A stretch of DNA of 64,000 nt, from NCBI GenBank assembly GCA_902792005.1, contig CADAXW010000002.1, positions 6,292 through 70,291 on the forward strand, read 5' to 3'. Under the pieces are notes generated by a model. It made no database searches and had not been told where the DNA came from. It was given only the letters and a program-made list of their open reading frames with translations. Of this stretch, positions 47,391 to 57,464 are shown piece after piece. Positions within the stretch are counted from its first letter, which is position 1; the number at the start of each line of letters is the position of its first letter. Source of the DNA: an uncultured Lachnospiraceae bacterium (GTDB lineage: Bacteria; Bacillota; Clostridia; Lachnospirales; Lachnospiraceae). The translations under genes were made by a program, and so were the position numbers.

Positions 47391-49340
47391 ATGGATAAAG
47401 ACGAAAGAGACTTTGGAGACACATTTGAGGATTCTGCATTTTCCGGAAACTCATATGATGACGGCTATGAGGATAGCAGGAACGACAGCTATGAGGATAG
47501 CAGGAACGACGGCTACGAAGATAGCAGGAACGACAGCTACGAAGAAGGCGGGGAAAACCGCTACGAAGATAGCTATGAGGATGAAAATGCGGGCGGCTAT
47601 GAAGATGGCTACGAAGATAGTTATGAAGATGGCAGCGCCGGAAGCTATGATGACCGTTATGAGAATAATTATGACGACAGTTATGAGGATTCCGCATTTT
47701 CAGAGAATGCATATGATGCAAATGCGGATTCGGCATTCATAGATAACGGATCCGATCAGGAGCAGTATGAGGAGTATCCGGAAGAGTATCCTGAAGATGG
47801 ATATACGGATGGATATGCGGATGGATATGATGAATATGAAGAGGAACAGCCCAGGAAGAAGGGTGGAAATAAGCTGAGGATCGTCGGTGTGGTACTGGCA
47901 GGTCTGGAGTTTATCCTTTCCGCACTGTTTATCTATTTCGCCATCGCCACTGAGGTCGTACCTATAAAATACGCTCTGATCGCAGCCATCGTTCTGGGAA
48001 TCTTCCCCATTCTGGTCGTTCTTATGCAGATGAACAAGAAGACCGGAATCGTTGGTATTGTCCTGTCGGTACTCATCATGGGTATCGTGGGCTATGGTAT
48101 CTACCTTGTACGTCATGCGGACAAGGCGCTGGATACCGTGACCGGTACCAAGACGGAGATCACGGTAGTGAATGCCTACGTCAAGAAGGAAGACCCTGCA
48201 AACAGTATCAATGATGCGGTTGCAAACAAGTATATATTTGGTATCCTGAAGACCAGTGAGCGTGATAAGGTAAATGCGACGATCAACGAGATCCAGACCA
48301 CACACGCTACAAAGCTGGATATCAAAGAGTATAACTCGATCTATGAGATCGTAGCTGCACTGGATAAGGGTGAGGTAAAGGCCTTCATCACCAGTTCGGC
48401 ATTTGTATCCGCACTGGATGGATCGGAAGATTATCAGCATTATTCCGAAGGCCTGAAGATCATTCTTGAGAAGCAGGTCGAGACTGAGGTTAAGATTGAG
48501 GAGAAGCCTGAGGAAGAGAAGAAGGACGCAGGAACCTTCTGCGCATATATCAGCGGAATCGATACATTTGGCTCCGTTTCTACAAGAAGCCGAAGCGACG
48601 TAAATATTCTGGCGGTCGTAAACCGCAACACGAGACAGCTGCTGCTGGTTACAACACCGCGTGACTTCTACGTTCCGCTTTCCATCTCGGATGGTTCTCC
48701 GGACAAGCTGACCCATGCAGGTATCTACGGTATCGAGGTATCCATGGATACGCTGGAGATGATCTATGATGTACAGATCGATTATTTTCTCCGGATGAAT
48801 TTCACCGGTTTCATTGATATCATTGATGCGCTGGGTGGAGTGGATGTTTACTCGCAGTACTCCTTCTCAACGGCAATGCAGACAGATACATACCACTATG
48901 ATTCGGGTGTGAACCACCTGGGCGGAAGAGCTGCACTGGCCTTCGCCCGTGAGCGTCACTCCTTCGGAGATGGTGACTTCCAGCGTGGACGTAACCAGAT
49001 GGCGGTGATCAAGGGCGTGGTTGAGGCCATGGAGTCCTCCCAGCTGCTTAAGAACTTCAGCCAGGTTATGGATGAGCTTGCTAACAGCTTTGAGACGAAC
49101 ATGTCCAAGAAGGAAGTGGGAGAGATCGTACAGGAACAGCTCGACAGTAATAAGGAATGGAATATCCTTACCTACGAAGTTCAGGGAACACCTGCGATGC
49201 GCCCCTGCTACACCGGTGGTGCAAATGCGTCAGTCGTTCTTCCGAATGATGCAAGTGTAGACTATATTAAGGATGTAATGAAGCGCGTTTTGGGCGGCGA
49301 GATCATGACACAGGAGAACCTTACCGCGAATTCACCTTAA
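47391..49340 (+). CDS. LCP (LytR-CpsA-Psr) family protein with acidic Tyr-rich N-terminus
   Basis: SRSDVNIL, TPRDFYV, KLTHAG, ALAFARERH, RGRNQ motifs; three TM helices. Confidence 0.92.
   Translation: MDKDERDFGDTFEDSAFSGNSYDDGYEDSRNDSYEDSRNDGYEDSRNDSYEEGGENRYEDSYEDENAGGYEDGYEDSYEDGSAGSYDDRYENNYDDSYEDSAFSENAYDANADSAFIDNGSDQEQYEEYPEEYPEDGYTDGYADGYDEYEEEQPRKKGGNKLRIVGVVLAGLEFILSALFIYFAIATEVVPIKYALIAAIVLGIFPILVVLMQMNKKTGIVGIVLSVLIMGIVGYGIYLVRHADKALDTVTGTKTEITVVNAYVKKEDPANSINDAVANKYIFGILKTSERDKVNATINEIQTTHATKLDIKEYNSIYEIVAALDKGEVKAFITSSAFVSALDGSEDYQHYSEGLKIILEKQVETEVKIEEKPEEEKKDAGTFCAYISGIDTFGSVSTRSRSDVNILAVVNRNTRQLLLVTTPRDFYVPLSISDGSPDKLTHAGIYGIEVSMDTLEMIYDVQIDYFLRMNFTGFIDIIDALGGVDVYSQYSFSTAMQTDTYHYDSGVNHLGGRAALAFARERHSFGDGDFQRGRNQMAVIKGVVEAMESSQLLKNFSQVMDELANSFETNMSKKEVGEIVQEQLDSNKEWNILTYEVQGTPAMRPCYTGGANASVVLPNDASVDYIKDVMKRVLGGEIMTQENLTANSP
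47460..47546 (+). repeat. 24-bp tandem repeat (D[GS]YEDSRN)
   Basis: GAC(G/A)GCTA(T/C)GA(G/A)GATAGCAGGAAC about 3.6 copies. Confidence 0.85.
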
Positions 49341-49371
49341 TTCGATTTCGATCAGAAGGGAATAGGAAAGA

Positions 49372-50289
49372 ATGAAAAAAGAACCGGTTTTAGTTGTGAT
49401 GGCGGCAGGAATGGGAAGCCGTTTCGGTGGCCTGAAGCAGGTGACAACGGTAGATGAGATGGGCCATGCCCTTATGGATTATGCGATCTATGATGCATAT
49501 CGCGGCGGTTTCCGCAAGGTAGTATTTATCATCCGGAAATCCTTTGAAGAGGAATTCAAGTTGAAGATCGGCAACCGCATAGCAAAGAAAATGAAGGTCA
49601 GCTATGTTTTCCAGGAACTGAGTCAGCTTCCGGAAGGAGTTGAGATCCCGGAGGGAAGGGAAAAACCCTGGGGAACCACACACGCCCTTTTCTGCTGCAA
49701 GGATGAGCTGGAAGGACATCCCTTCCTGACTGTAAATGCAGATGATTATTATGGTGTGGAAGCCTTCAAGATCGCTTACGATTTTCTTTCTTCCGAGGAT
49801 GGAGATGATAAACATGCGATCATCGGTTATGATGCGGTTCGTACTCTGTCCGAGTTCGGAAATGTATCGCGCGGCATCTGTCAGTGTGATGATCAGGGAA
49901 ATCTGATCCGGATCGATGAACGGAAAGAGATCAAGCTGGAAGATGGCGTTGGATATTATACTCTGGATGGCGGAGAAACCTGGAACGCAATCCCGGAGAA
50001 GGCCACAGCGTCTATGAATATGTGGGCATTTAATCCCGGATTCTTAAGGGATCTTGCCGGCTGTTTCCAGGAACGTCTGAAAAAAGGAATCGAGGCGAAT
50101 CCGCTGAAGTTTGAGGAGACGATCTCCGATGCGGTTCAGAATATGATGGAACGGGGAAAAGGATCTGTAGTGGTCCTTCCGACAACATCAAAATGGTTTG
50201 GTATGACCTATCAGGAGGATATCGCTTCTGTGACCGATGCACTCCGTGTGCTCATGGATGCAGGCGTGTATCCGGAGAAGGACTGGTAG
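49372..50289 (+). CDS. Sugar-phosphate nucleotidyltransferase-family protein
   Basis: MAAGMGSRFGGLKQ, KPWGT, NADDYYG, SRGIC. Confidence 0.85.
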   Translation: MKKEPVLVVMAAGMGSRFGGLKQVTTVDEMGHALMDYAIYDAYRGGFRKVVFIIRKSFEEEFKLKIGNRIAKKMKVSYVFQELSQLPEGVEIPEGREKPWGTTHALFCCKDELEGHPFLTVNADDYYGVEAFKIAYDFLSSEDGDDKHAIIGYDAVRTLSEFGNVSRGICQCDDQGNLIRIDERKEIKLEDGVGYYTLDGGETWNAIPEKATASMNMWAFNPGFLRDLAGCFQERLKKGIEANPLKFEETISDAVQNMMERGKGSVVVLPTTSKWFGMTYQEDIASVTDALRVLMDAGVYPEKDW

Positions 50290-50320
50290 AGCGTCGTAAA
50301 ACCGACAGGAGAGGGTTTGC

Positions 50321-50956
50321 ATGGGGCAGACGAAAGGGGAAAAAGTCAATAAGAAGAACGATACTCCCTTTTATGAAAGAAAAGGACCGCTGATGTTCTG
50401 TAAGGTGGCAGGGCTTCTGGCAGGTATCCTGCTGCTGGTTTCTCCTTTTCTGCATTGGAGAGTCGTTCATGTAAAGGCGGATACAAATGTGTTGGAGGGC
50501 TTTTCTCTCTTCGACATGGTGAAGTATGCCTTTTCCGGGTCATCCAATGAAACGACGAAAACCAAGTTCGTTGTGGCGATCCTGTTTTTTACCATTCTCC
50601 TTTCGGCACTTTGGATCATCTATTTTGCCTTCCGTGATCAGATCTATCCGGAGCGTGACTGGGAAGAGGAGTCCCTGATTGGAAGGCTCATGGGGAGGTT
50701 TCGGCTGATCAGTCATCTGATCCCGCCCATCCTTGCGATCCTCGGAATGATCGCGATCCAGAAGCATGCCATCTATGACATACTGTATTCCAAAATGAAT
50801 GAGACCTATACGGCATGGCAGGGGCTGATGCGGGATGGCTTCCATGATTGGAAGCTGCCGGGGCTTGGCTGCATTCTGTTCTTCACAGGGCTCGCGCTGT
50901 ATGCGATCGCCGGAGGTCTGAGATATCTGATCAACACGCTGAATGAAGACGATTAG
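50321..50956 (+). CDS. Hypothetical membrane protein
   Basis: Four hydrophobic segments; followed by a terminator. Confidence 0.7.
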   Translation: MGQTKGEKVNKKNDTPFYERKGPLMFCKVAGLLAGILLLVSPFLHWRVVHVKADTNVLEGFSLFDMVKYAFSGSSNETTKTKFVVAILFFTILLSALWIIYFAFRDQIYPERDWEEESLIGRLMGRFRLISHLIPPILAILGMIAIQKHAIYDILYSKMNETYTAWQGLMRDGFHDWKLPGLGCILFFTGLALYAIAGGLRYLINTLNEDD

Positions 50957-50963
50957 AAAGACA

Positions 50964-51013
50964 AAAAAAGGGACTGACCCTGCTGCCCGGTGCGGCGAGG
51001 TCAGTCCCTTTTT
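50964..51013. terminator. Bidirectional terminator between convergent genes
   Basis: AAAAAAGGGACTGACC...GGTCAGTCCCTTTTT. Confidence 0.8.
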
Positions 51014-51068
51014 CTGTATGCACTTTTCCGGATATCCAAGGGCAGATAGATCTCTTTCGTATGGAGAG

Positions 51069-52475
51069 TTACTTCTCAAGGATAGATACCAGATCCTCGT
51101 AGAATCCGGGATAGGATTTCCGTACGGCCATGGGCTGCAGGATCTCTACCGGTCCGCTGGCTCGAAGAGAAGCGATGGCTGCGGCCATGGCGATCCGGTG
51201 ATCGTTGTAAGAGGATACGGTCCCGCCGGGGAGGGACTCCCGGCCGGTGATCCGAAGAGTTAAACCGCATTCTGGGGTCTTCTCCCTAAGTTCAACAGTG
51301 GCTCCCAGATTTCGGAGCATTTCCATAACGGTTGCGACCCGGTCGCTTTCCTTGATCCGGAGCCGTTCGATGTTCTGTATCTCAGTGGTTCCCTCCGCAT
51401 AGGCTGCAACAACGGAAAGAATGGGGACAAGATCCGGGATGTCCCTTGCATCGATCCGGGCTGCCTTCAGCGCTCCGCCGACAACGGTGATGTCCGAAAG
51501 GTCTGGATCAGACAGACTTTCCTGTGTTCTGATCTCTGCGCCGAACTGTTTCAGAAGTTCCAGGATCTGTCGGTCTCCCTGGGGAGAACGCAGATTGCAG
51601 CCTGTAACGGTGACTGGCTGTTTCAGCAAAGCCCCTGCGGAAAGGAAGAAGGCGGCGTTGGACCAGTCGCCCTCGACACGGCAGACGGGAGCATCATCGG
51701 TCAGATGATACTGCTGTCCGCCGGAAATGTTATAGATGATTCCGTCCTGTTCCTCTGCTTCGATCCGGATCCCAAACTGCCTCAGCACCTGCAGGGTGAT
51801 CTCCACATAGGGTGCGGATTCCAGGCGCCCGGTGATGACGAGTCTTGAGTCTTCCTTTAGTAAGGGAAGGGCGAACAGGAGTCCGGTGATATATTGAGAG
51901 GATACGCCTCCGTCGATCACATATTCTCCGGCAGTCAGCTGCCCGGAGATTCTGAGTGGATTATCACCGATGGGAGACAGGGTAACACCGTGGCGGCACA
52001 TTTCCTCATAGAGAGGAGACAGTGGCCGCTCGGAAAGCCGTCCTTCCATATAGAAGGAAGCGCTTCTTCCGAGAGCACCCACCACCGGGAGAAGAAATCG
52101 GAGGGTCGATCCGCTTTCTCCCACAGGAAGTGTGATCTGCCGGGGCGTGCCGGACACGGCATCCTCAGGCACTGCGGCATCCTCGGGTGCTGCGGTATCC
52201 TCAGACTCTGTGGCTGAGACACCATAACAGAAATATCCGTCTTCCGTTCGCTCTATTCTGGCTCCCATGGCGGAAAGGCATGCTGCGGTAGCCTCAATGT
52301 CCTTGGAGGTGGCAGGACAGACGAGCCTGCAGGGATCCTTCGACAGCGCGGCAGCGATCAGCAGGCGGTGCGCATGGGATTTGGAAGGGATGGCCGGTAC
52401 GGATCCGCCGGGGATATCCGAGGGATGTGTGAGCGTTGCCCGATCCTCCTGAAGTTGTATATAGGTTTCGTTCAT
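51069..52475 (-). CDS. aroA: EPSP synthase (3-phosphoshikimate 1-carboxyvinyltransferase)
   Basis: PSKSHAHR, GESGSTLRF, SSQYITGLL, DWSNAAF, RLRIKESDR, NDHRIAM, KSYPGF. Confidence 0.95.
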   Translation of the reverse strand: MNETYIQLQEDRATLTHPSDIPGGSVPAIPSKSHAHRLLIAAALSKDPCRLVCPATSKDIEATAACLSAMGARIERTEDGYFCYGVSATESEDTAAPEDAAVPEDAVSGTPRQITLPVGESGSTLRFLLPVVGALGRSASFYMEGRLSERPLSPLYEEMCRHGVTLSPIGDNPLRISGQLTAGEYVIDGGVSSQYITGLLFALPLLKEDSRLVITGRLESAPYVEITLQVLRQFGIRIEAEEQDGIIYNISGGQQYHLTDDAPVCRVEGDWSNAAFFLSAGALLKQPVTVTGCNLRSPQGDRQILELLKQFGAEIRTQESLSDPDLSDITVVGGALKAARIDARDIPDLVPILSVVAAYAEGTTEIQNIERLRIKESDRVATVMEMLRNLGATVELREKTPECGLTLRITGRESLPGGTVSSYNDHRIAMAAAIASLRASGPVEILQPMAVRKSYPGFYEDLVSILEK

Positions 52476-52527
52476 GTTTTTCTCCGAAATGATTCCAAGA
52501 TGAGAATTTGATAATTAGGGTATTTGA

Positions 52528-53394
52528 TTATTTGCCGTCGACGGCTTCCTTTGCCATCTTGCCTTCGTGCAGAAGCTGCCAGAGGCGTTTTCGGTCTTCG
52601 TCCACCAGTGCCTCCCGGTATTCGCCCAGGGAATGCATGATGGAATCCAGCTCCTTGATCAGGTTGTCCCGGTTATCCATGAAGATCTCAGTCCACATGG
52701 TTTCGTTCAGCCATGCCACACGTGTCAGATCCTTGTAGCTGCCGGCAGAGAAGCCGCGATGGTGCATCGCTGTGGGGCTCTTCATATATGCATTGGACAC
52801 GATGTGGGCCAGCTCCGAGGTGAAGGCGATCATTTCATCATGCTTTTCAGCAGTACAGATGGTGATCCGGCCGAAGCCGCAGGGCTGGAAGATGGCCTTG
52901 GCTGTGGCAAGGATATCAAATTCCGTCACGTCATCCGGAACCAGGATCATGGATGCGCCCTTAAACAGGGTGCCGGTGCTGTGCCTGTAGCCGGAGGTGC
53001 GTTTTCCGGCCATGGGATGACCGCCGATGAAATTGAAGCCCTTCTCAGCAGCCAGGGGGAAGAGGGCGTGACATACATTTCTCTTCAGACCGCCGGTGTC
53101 GATGACGTAGGCACCCGGACGGATCCGGTCAGCTACGGACGTTACATATTCTATGATGGCTTCCGGATACAGGGCCACCAGGATCACATCACATTCGGAG
53201 ATGGCTTCCTCGGTCAGCTCGCCGTCCAGCGTGCCGTCTTCTATGGCTGCGGCAACTACGGCCGGGTCCAGATCCTTGCCGAGGATACGACAGGTGGTGT
53301 TCTCACGGTAGGTCTTTGCAAAGGAGCCGCCGATCAGCCCCAGACCTACAACTCCGATGGTCTGTACATTTGCAAATGAAAAATCAAAATCCAT
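52528..53394 (-). CDS. tyrA: Prephenate dehydrogenase
   Basis: GLGLIGGS, GGHPMAG, HDEMIAFTS, AGSYKDLTRVA. Confidence 0.92.
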   Translation of the reverse strand: MDFDFSFANVQTIGVVGLGLIGGSFAKTYRENTTCRILGKDLDPAVVAAAIEDGTLDGELTEEAISECDVILVALYPEAIIEYVTSVADRIRPGAYVIDTGGLKRNVCHALFPLAAEKGFNFIGGHPMAGKRTSGYRHSTGTLFKGASMILVPDDVTEFDILATAKAIFQPCGFGRITICTAEKHDEMIAFTSELAHIVSNAYMKSPTAMHHRGFSAGSYKDLTRVAWLNETMWTEIFMDNRDNLIKELDSIMHSLGEYREALVDEDRKRLWQLLHEGKMAKEAVDGK

Positions 53395-53540
53395 AAGGTA
53401 ATCCTTCTTTCATGATACTATCCCGATGCTTTTCCGCGTTAAAGCAAAAAAGCGTTTCTACCACTATATCATGACTTTCAAAAAAAGACAAGAAAAGAAT
53501 CGTTCTTGAAAAATGTAGGAATCAGTGCTAAGGTTGTCGC

Positions 53541-54461
53541 ATGAATAAACATGTACCACAATTGAAAGTTCCCGCCACAGATCATGCGAAGGGGATCGCC
53601 TGTGTGATCGTAGCTGCCTTCGGCTTTTCGCTGATGACCTTCTTTGTTCGTCAGTCCGGAGATCTGCCTACCCTTCAGAAGGCGTTCTTCCGGAATGCAT
53701 TTGCGGCCATCATTGCAGTGATCACGCTGGTGGGAGCAAAGCAGGGATCAAAGGAGGAACGGGGGTATTCGTCCTTCATCAAGCCCGGCTGCGCCAGAGA
53801 TATCTTCTTTCGCTGTCTGTTCGGAACCTCGGGAATGATCGCCAATTTCTACGCCGTGGATCATCTGGGGATCGCGGATGCAAATATGCTGAACAAGCTG
53901 TCGCCTTTCTTTGCGATCCTGCTTTCCATCCCGATCCTGAAGGAAAAACCCTCCAAGCTGGACTGGGCCAGTGTGCTCGTTGCATTTCTGGGTGCGCTGC
54001 TGATCATCCGCCCCGGAACGAATCTGGCACTGGTGCCTGCGCTTCTGGGTCTTTACGGAGGCTTTGGTGCAGGAACGGCGTATGTATTTGTGCGGTCACT
54101 GGGCCGGAAGGGAGAAAGGACATCGGTGATCGTTCTCTGTTTCTCGCTGTTTTCCTGCCTGGTCACGCTGCCGCAGCTGATCTTTGCCTTCCATCCCATG
54201 ACCGGACAGCAGTGGCTTTATCTCTGTCTGGCCGGGATCTCGGCAGCCCTGGGACAGTTTGGGATCACTACGGCATATAAGTTTGCTCCGGCGAAGGATA
54301 TATCCGTATTTGATTACACCCAGGTGGTCTTTGCTGCTTTACTGGGGATCCTGTTCCTGGGAGAAACTCCGGTACCCCTCAGTATCGCCGGTTATATCAT
54401 TATAATAGGAACGGCATTTTATCGTTGGTACAAATTCCGACATCCTGTGAAAAAAATGTGA
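53541..54461 (+). CDS. DMT/EamA-family transporter
   Basis: Ten TM pattern; LSPFF, GQFGITTAY, FDYTQVV. Confidence 0.88.
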   Translation: MNKHVPQLKVPATDHAKGIACVIVAAFGFSLMTFFVRQSGDLPTLQKAFFRNAFAAIIAVITLVGAKQGSKEERGYSSFIKPGCARDIFFRCLFGTSGMIANFYAVDHLGIADANMLNKLSPFFAILLSIPILKEKPSKLDWASVLVAFLGALLIIRPGTNLALVPALLGLYGGFGAGTAYVFVRSLGRKGERTSVIVLCFSLFSCLVTLPQLIFAFHPMTGQQWLYLCLAGISAALGQFGITTAYKFAPAKDISVFDYTQVVFAALLGILFLGETPVPLSIAGYIIIIGTAFYRWYKFRHPVKKM

Positions 54462-54605
54462 ACAAAAAATGTGGCGTAGATTTCCAGAACACAAAATCTT
54501 GCGGTGGAACATTTCCGTTATACTAAGATGGGTTGTTGATTCTGAATGACCGTCGGCGGTAAGTGATTTTCCATTTGTGAATTGTGCTGAAAAAAGGATA
54601 AATAC

Positions 54606-54634
54606 TTGCAATTAATGCCCAAAAGTGATAGACT
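54606..54634 (+). promoter_or_regulatory. Sigma-A promoter of the cell-wall-binding protein gene
   Basis: TTGCAA-17-TAGACT with TG extension; 5' UTR hairpin follows. Confidence 0.55.
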
Positions 54635-54695
54635 GACTTAAGTCGCAAATTATGTCTCGACTTGAGGGGCAAAGATAATAAGGAGGGATTAAGTA

Positions 54696-55853
54696 ATGAT
54701 GAAGCGTTTCAAGTACGCACTTCTGGCTGGCACATTCGTAGTTGCATCTGTCGTTGCACCGACATTTAGCTCCGATGCTGCAGCTGCCGGCAAGTGGGTA
54801 AAGGACAGCAAGGGTTATTGGTACAAGACAACCAAGGGTAAAGGGAACGGTTATGCCAAGGATGAGTGGGTAGAAGGTTACTACCTGGATTCCAAGGGTT
54901 ACTGGACCTACAAGGCAAAGGGTAAGTGGAAGACGGATGCTACAGGCAAGTACTTCCAGGATTCCAAGAACTGGAGCCCGAAGAGCCAGTGGCAGACAAT
55001 CGATTTCAAGACATACTATTTCGATGCAAATGGTTACATGGCTAAGAAGGAATTCGTTAAGGGCCGTTACATCAACAAGAATGGTGTTGCAACCAGCATC
55101 AAGGACGGTAAGTGGGTAAAGGGTACCGGCGAGAACGCAGGTAAGAAGGCTTATCAGTTCAGCAAGACAAAGACTCTGAAGAACGGCTGGTACAGAATTG
55201 ACGGAAGAGATTACCTCTTCAGCAAGTACGGCTGGGTAGTAACATGGAGAGTTGTTAAGAGTGGCGGTAAGTATTATGGCTTTGATTCCGCAGGACATCC
55301 GAAGGAATATACAAAGATCTCCGCTGGCAGCAAGGTAACCGGTTCCATTACATTTGAAGTAACAAACGCGAACAAGGTTAAGGCAGCTAAGGATATGAAC
55401 ACATTCCTTGGTCTCTGCACAAAGGACGGTTCTTCCAGAACACTGTATGTTGACAAGGTTAAGAAGACCATCTCCAACAAGGGTGGTACCATGTATGTTG
55501 ACAACATGACACTGGTTAACTACGTTAAGAAGTTTGCTAAGACAACTTCCTGTACAGTAACAGGCCTTGGCAGCGTAAACACTCTGTTCGATGCACTGAA
55601 CTTCTCCGGCCTTGGTTCTACCAACAAGCCGTACAAGTACACAGTTAAGATCGGCAATTCCAAGTTTACAAAGTTCGTTATGAGAGCCAACTATCTGATC
55701 TTCGTTGTTGACGGCAAGAAGTATCAGGGAGCTTATGAGAACGAGAAGCTTTACATCCTCGGTGATGTATCCAATGCAAAATTCGTTAAGTCTCTTAAGA
55801 CAGCTGGTGCATTTGGTGCAACAAAGGTTATTAAGCAGACTGACAAGAAATAA
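54696..55853 (+). CDS. Secreted basic protein with cell-wall/glucan-binding-type repeats
   Basis: Signal peptide; G.W..D.KGYWY, YYFDANGYM, GWY.IDG.DYLF repeats; strong codon bias. Confidence 0.8.
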   Translation: MMKRFKYALLAGTFVVASVVAPTFSSDAAAAGKWVKDSKGYWYKTTKGKGNGYAKDEWVEGYYLDSKGYWTYKAKGKWKTDATGKYFQDSKNWSPKSQWQTIDFKTYYFDANGYMAKKEFVKGRYINKNGVATSIKDGKWVKGTGENAGKKAYQFSKTKTLKNGWYRIDGRDYLFSKYGWVVTWRVVKSGGKYYGFDSAGHPKEYTKISAGSKVTGSITFEVTNANKVKAAKDMNTFLGLCTKDGSSRTLYVDKVKKTISNKGGTMYVDNMTLVNYVKKFAKTTSCTVTGLGSVNTLFDALNFSGLGSTNKPYKYTVKIGNSKFTKFVMRANYLIFVVDGKKYQGAYENEKLYILGDVSNAKFVKSLKTAGAFGATKVIKQTDKK

Positions 55854-55876
55854 TCAATAAGTTCTAAAGGTTAGGA

Positions 55877-55910
55877 TTAAGCTGTTAGGCGGGCACGCTT
55901 AACAGCTTAA
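55877..55910 (+). terminator. Hairpin after the cell-wall-binding gene
   Basis: TTAAGCTGTTAGGCG-GGCA-CGCTTAACAGCTTAA. Confidence 0.7.
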
Positions 55911-55946
55911 TTCTGTCTATGGAAAAAGTGATCCGGGATTAATCGC

Positions 55947-57455
55947 ATGCGGCATATACAAAGGAAAATATTACATATCATTTTAGGGATACTTCTCTTC
56001 GGAGGGATCCTCATGGCATGGCCGCAGCAGGAGGTTTGGGCAGGCGACATCAATGGCGCGGAGTCTTCCGTTCTGGGTGCTGCCGGAGGAACCTTCACTT
56101 ATAAAGGAAAGAAGTACAGGGCATATTCCAGTTATCTGAACAGTCTTTATAATTATCTGGCCAGAGACAGTGTGGACCTTTCAGCAGCGCAGGCGCAGAA
56201 GGCCATTCAGTACATGTATTCAAATGTGGGGACTGCGGTTTCCAGAGGCTATGTGTATGAGGTCGGCGGAAAGAATGATCCGGACAAGGAAAAACCTGTG
56301 GATCCGGAGGATTATGCCACGACGGAAGCCAGGACTGCGATCGTTCCGGATGATGAGAGAAATACCACGGAAGAGGCTGCCACGAGAAGTACCAGCCAGA
56401 AACAGCCGGTAAGAACGACTACCGAGGCGACTACCGAGGCGGATACGCAGGTTGAGGATATCTTTTCCAAGATCGAGGCGGATCAGGATAACAGGCAGCA
56501 GTTAAATGAACGTGTAAAACCGGAGAATGCAGATGCAAAGGCATCCATTCGGGAGGAAAGTATCGTTATCGATACCGGAGACGGAGAAACTATTGAACTG
56601 GACAGCAATGAGCGGATCGTGCCGCCCAGCTGGACCACAGGGCTTGTGATCACTGGCATCGCTACATTTTGCATTGCGGTGATCGCATGTCTGATCCTGA
56701 TCTTAAAGAAGTGCATGCGCTTCGGAAAGAGGGATCGGAGCAAGCCCATGCATGGGCACAGAAAAAGAAGAAAGATCCGTAAGTTCTGCCGTCGCATTCT
56801 GACGGTTACTACGGCGGTGAGCATTGCCGGGATCTTCCTTATCATGGCCCTCTTTGTGATCGTATTTAATAACAGTCGTATCCTGCAGAATGTGCAGGAC
56901 AGCGGATATTTCCGCTATGCTTATATCGAGTATCTGGCAGAACTCGGCAAAAACGAGAAGGATACTACGGAGGTCACCAAGAAGGTGGATCTTTCCTATG
57001 ATGATTTCGTCATCCGTGAGAAGCAGGCCACAGAGCAGCTGCTCATAGGAAATCGGGATGTGAAGTATCAGCAGAGCAATGTGGCACCTTATGTGCTGCG
57101 TCTGAAGGAGGATATGAAGACGTCCATGCTGATCAGCGGGATCCTGTTCCTGCTGAGTCTGATCCTGGGATGCGTCTTTACCATCTTTATGGATCTGAGG
57201 CGGGACAGAGGTATCCGGATGATCGCCATATCGGAGCTCATCGGAACTGCATTTGCGGGAGCCCTGACGGTGGTGCTGCTATGTCTGAACCCCGCAAAGC
57301 ATCTGTTTATCGAGCCGGATTATCTGTATCTGTTCTTTAAGAATCATGTGGATTGGATGATCAAGGTTCTTTCCGTGATCACGGTCTTCGGACTTGTGGT
57401 GGGAATGACGCTGGTCGGCCTGTATTTCAGCCGGCGCAAAGCAAAAGGAGAATAA
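55947..57455 (+). CDS. Hypothetical multi-pass membrane protein at the head of the EPS locus
   Basis: Signal-like N-terminus, Thr-rich linker, about 5 further TM helices. Confidence 0.75.
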   Translation: MRHIQRKILHIILGILLFGGILMAWPQQEVWAGDINGAESSVLGAAGGTFTYKGKKYRAYSSYLNSLYNYLARDSVDLSAAQAQKAIQYMYSNVGTAVSRGYVYEVGGKNDPDKEKPVDPEDYATTEARTAIVPDDERNTTEEAATRSTSQKQPVRTTTEATTEADTQVEDIFSKIEADQDNRQQLNERVKPENADAKASIREESIVIDTGDGETIELDSNERIVPPSWTTGLVITGIATFCIAVIACLILILKKCMRFGKRDRSKPMHGHRKRRKIRKFCRRILTVTTAVSIAGIFLIMALFVIVFNNSRILQNVQDSGYFRYAYIEYLAELGKNEKDTTEVTKKVDLSYDDFVIREKQATEQLLIGNRDVKYQQSNVAPYVLRLKEDMKTSMLISGILFLLSLILGCVFTIFMDLRRDRGIRMIAISELIGTAFAGALTVVLLCLNPAKHLFIEPDYLYLFFKNHVDWMIKVLSVITVFGLVVGMTLVGLYFSRRKAKGE

Positions 57456-57464
57456 GAGGTGACC

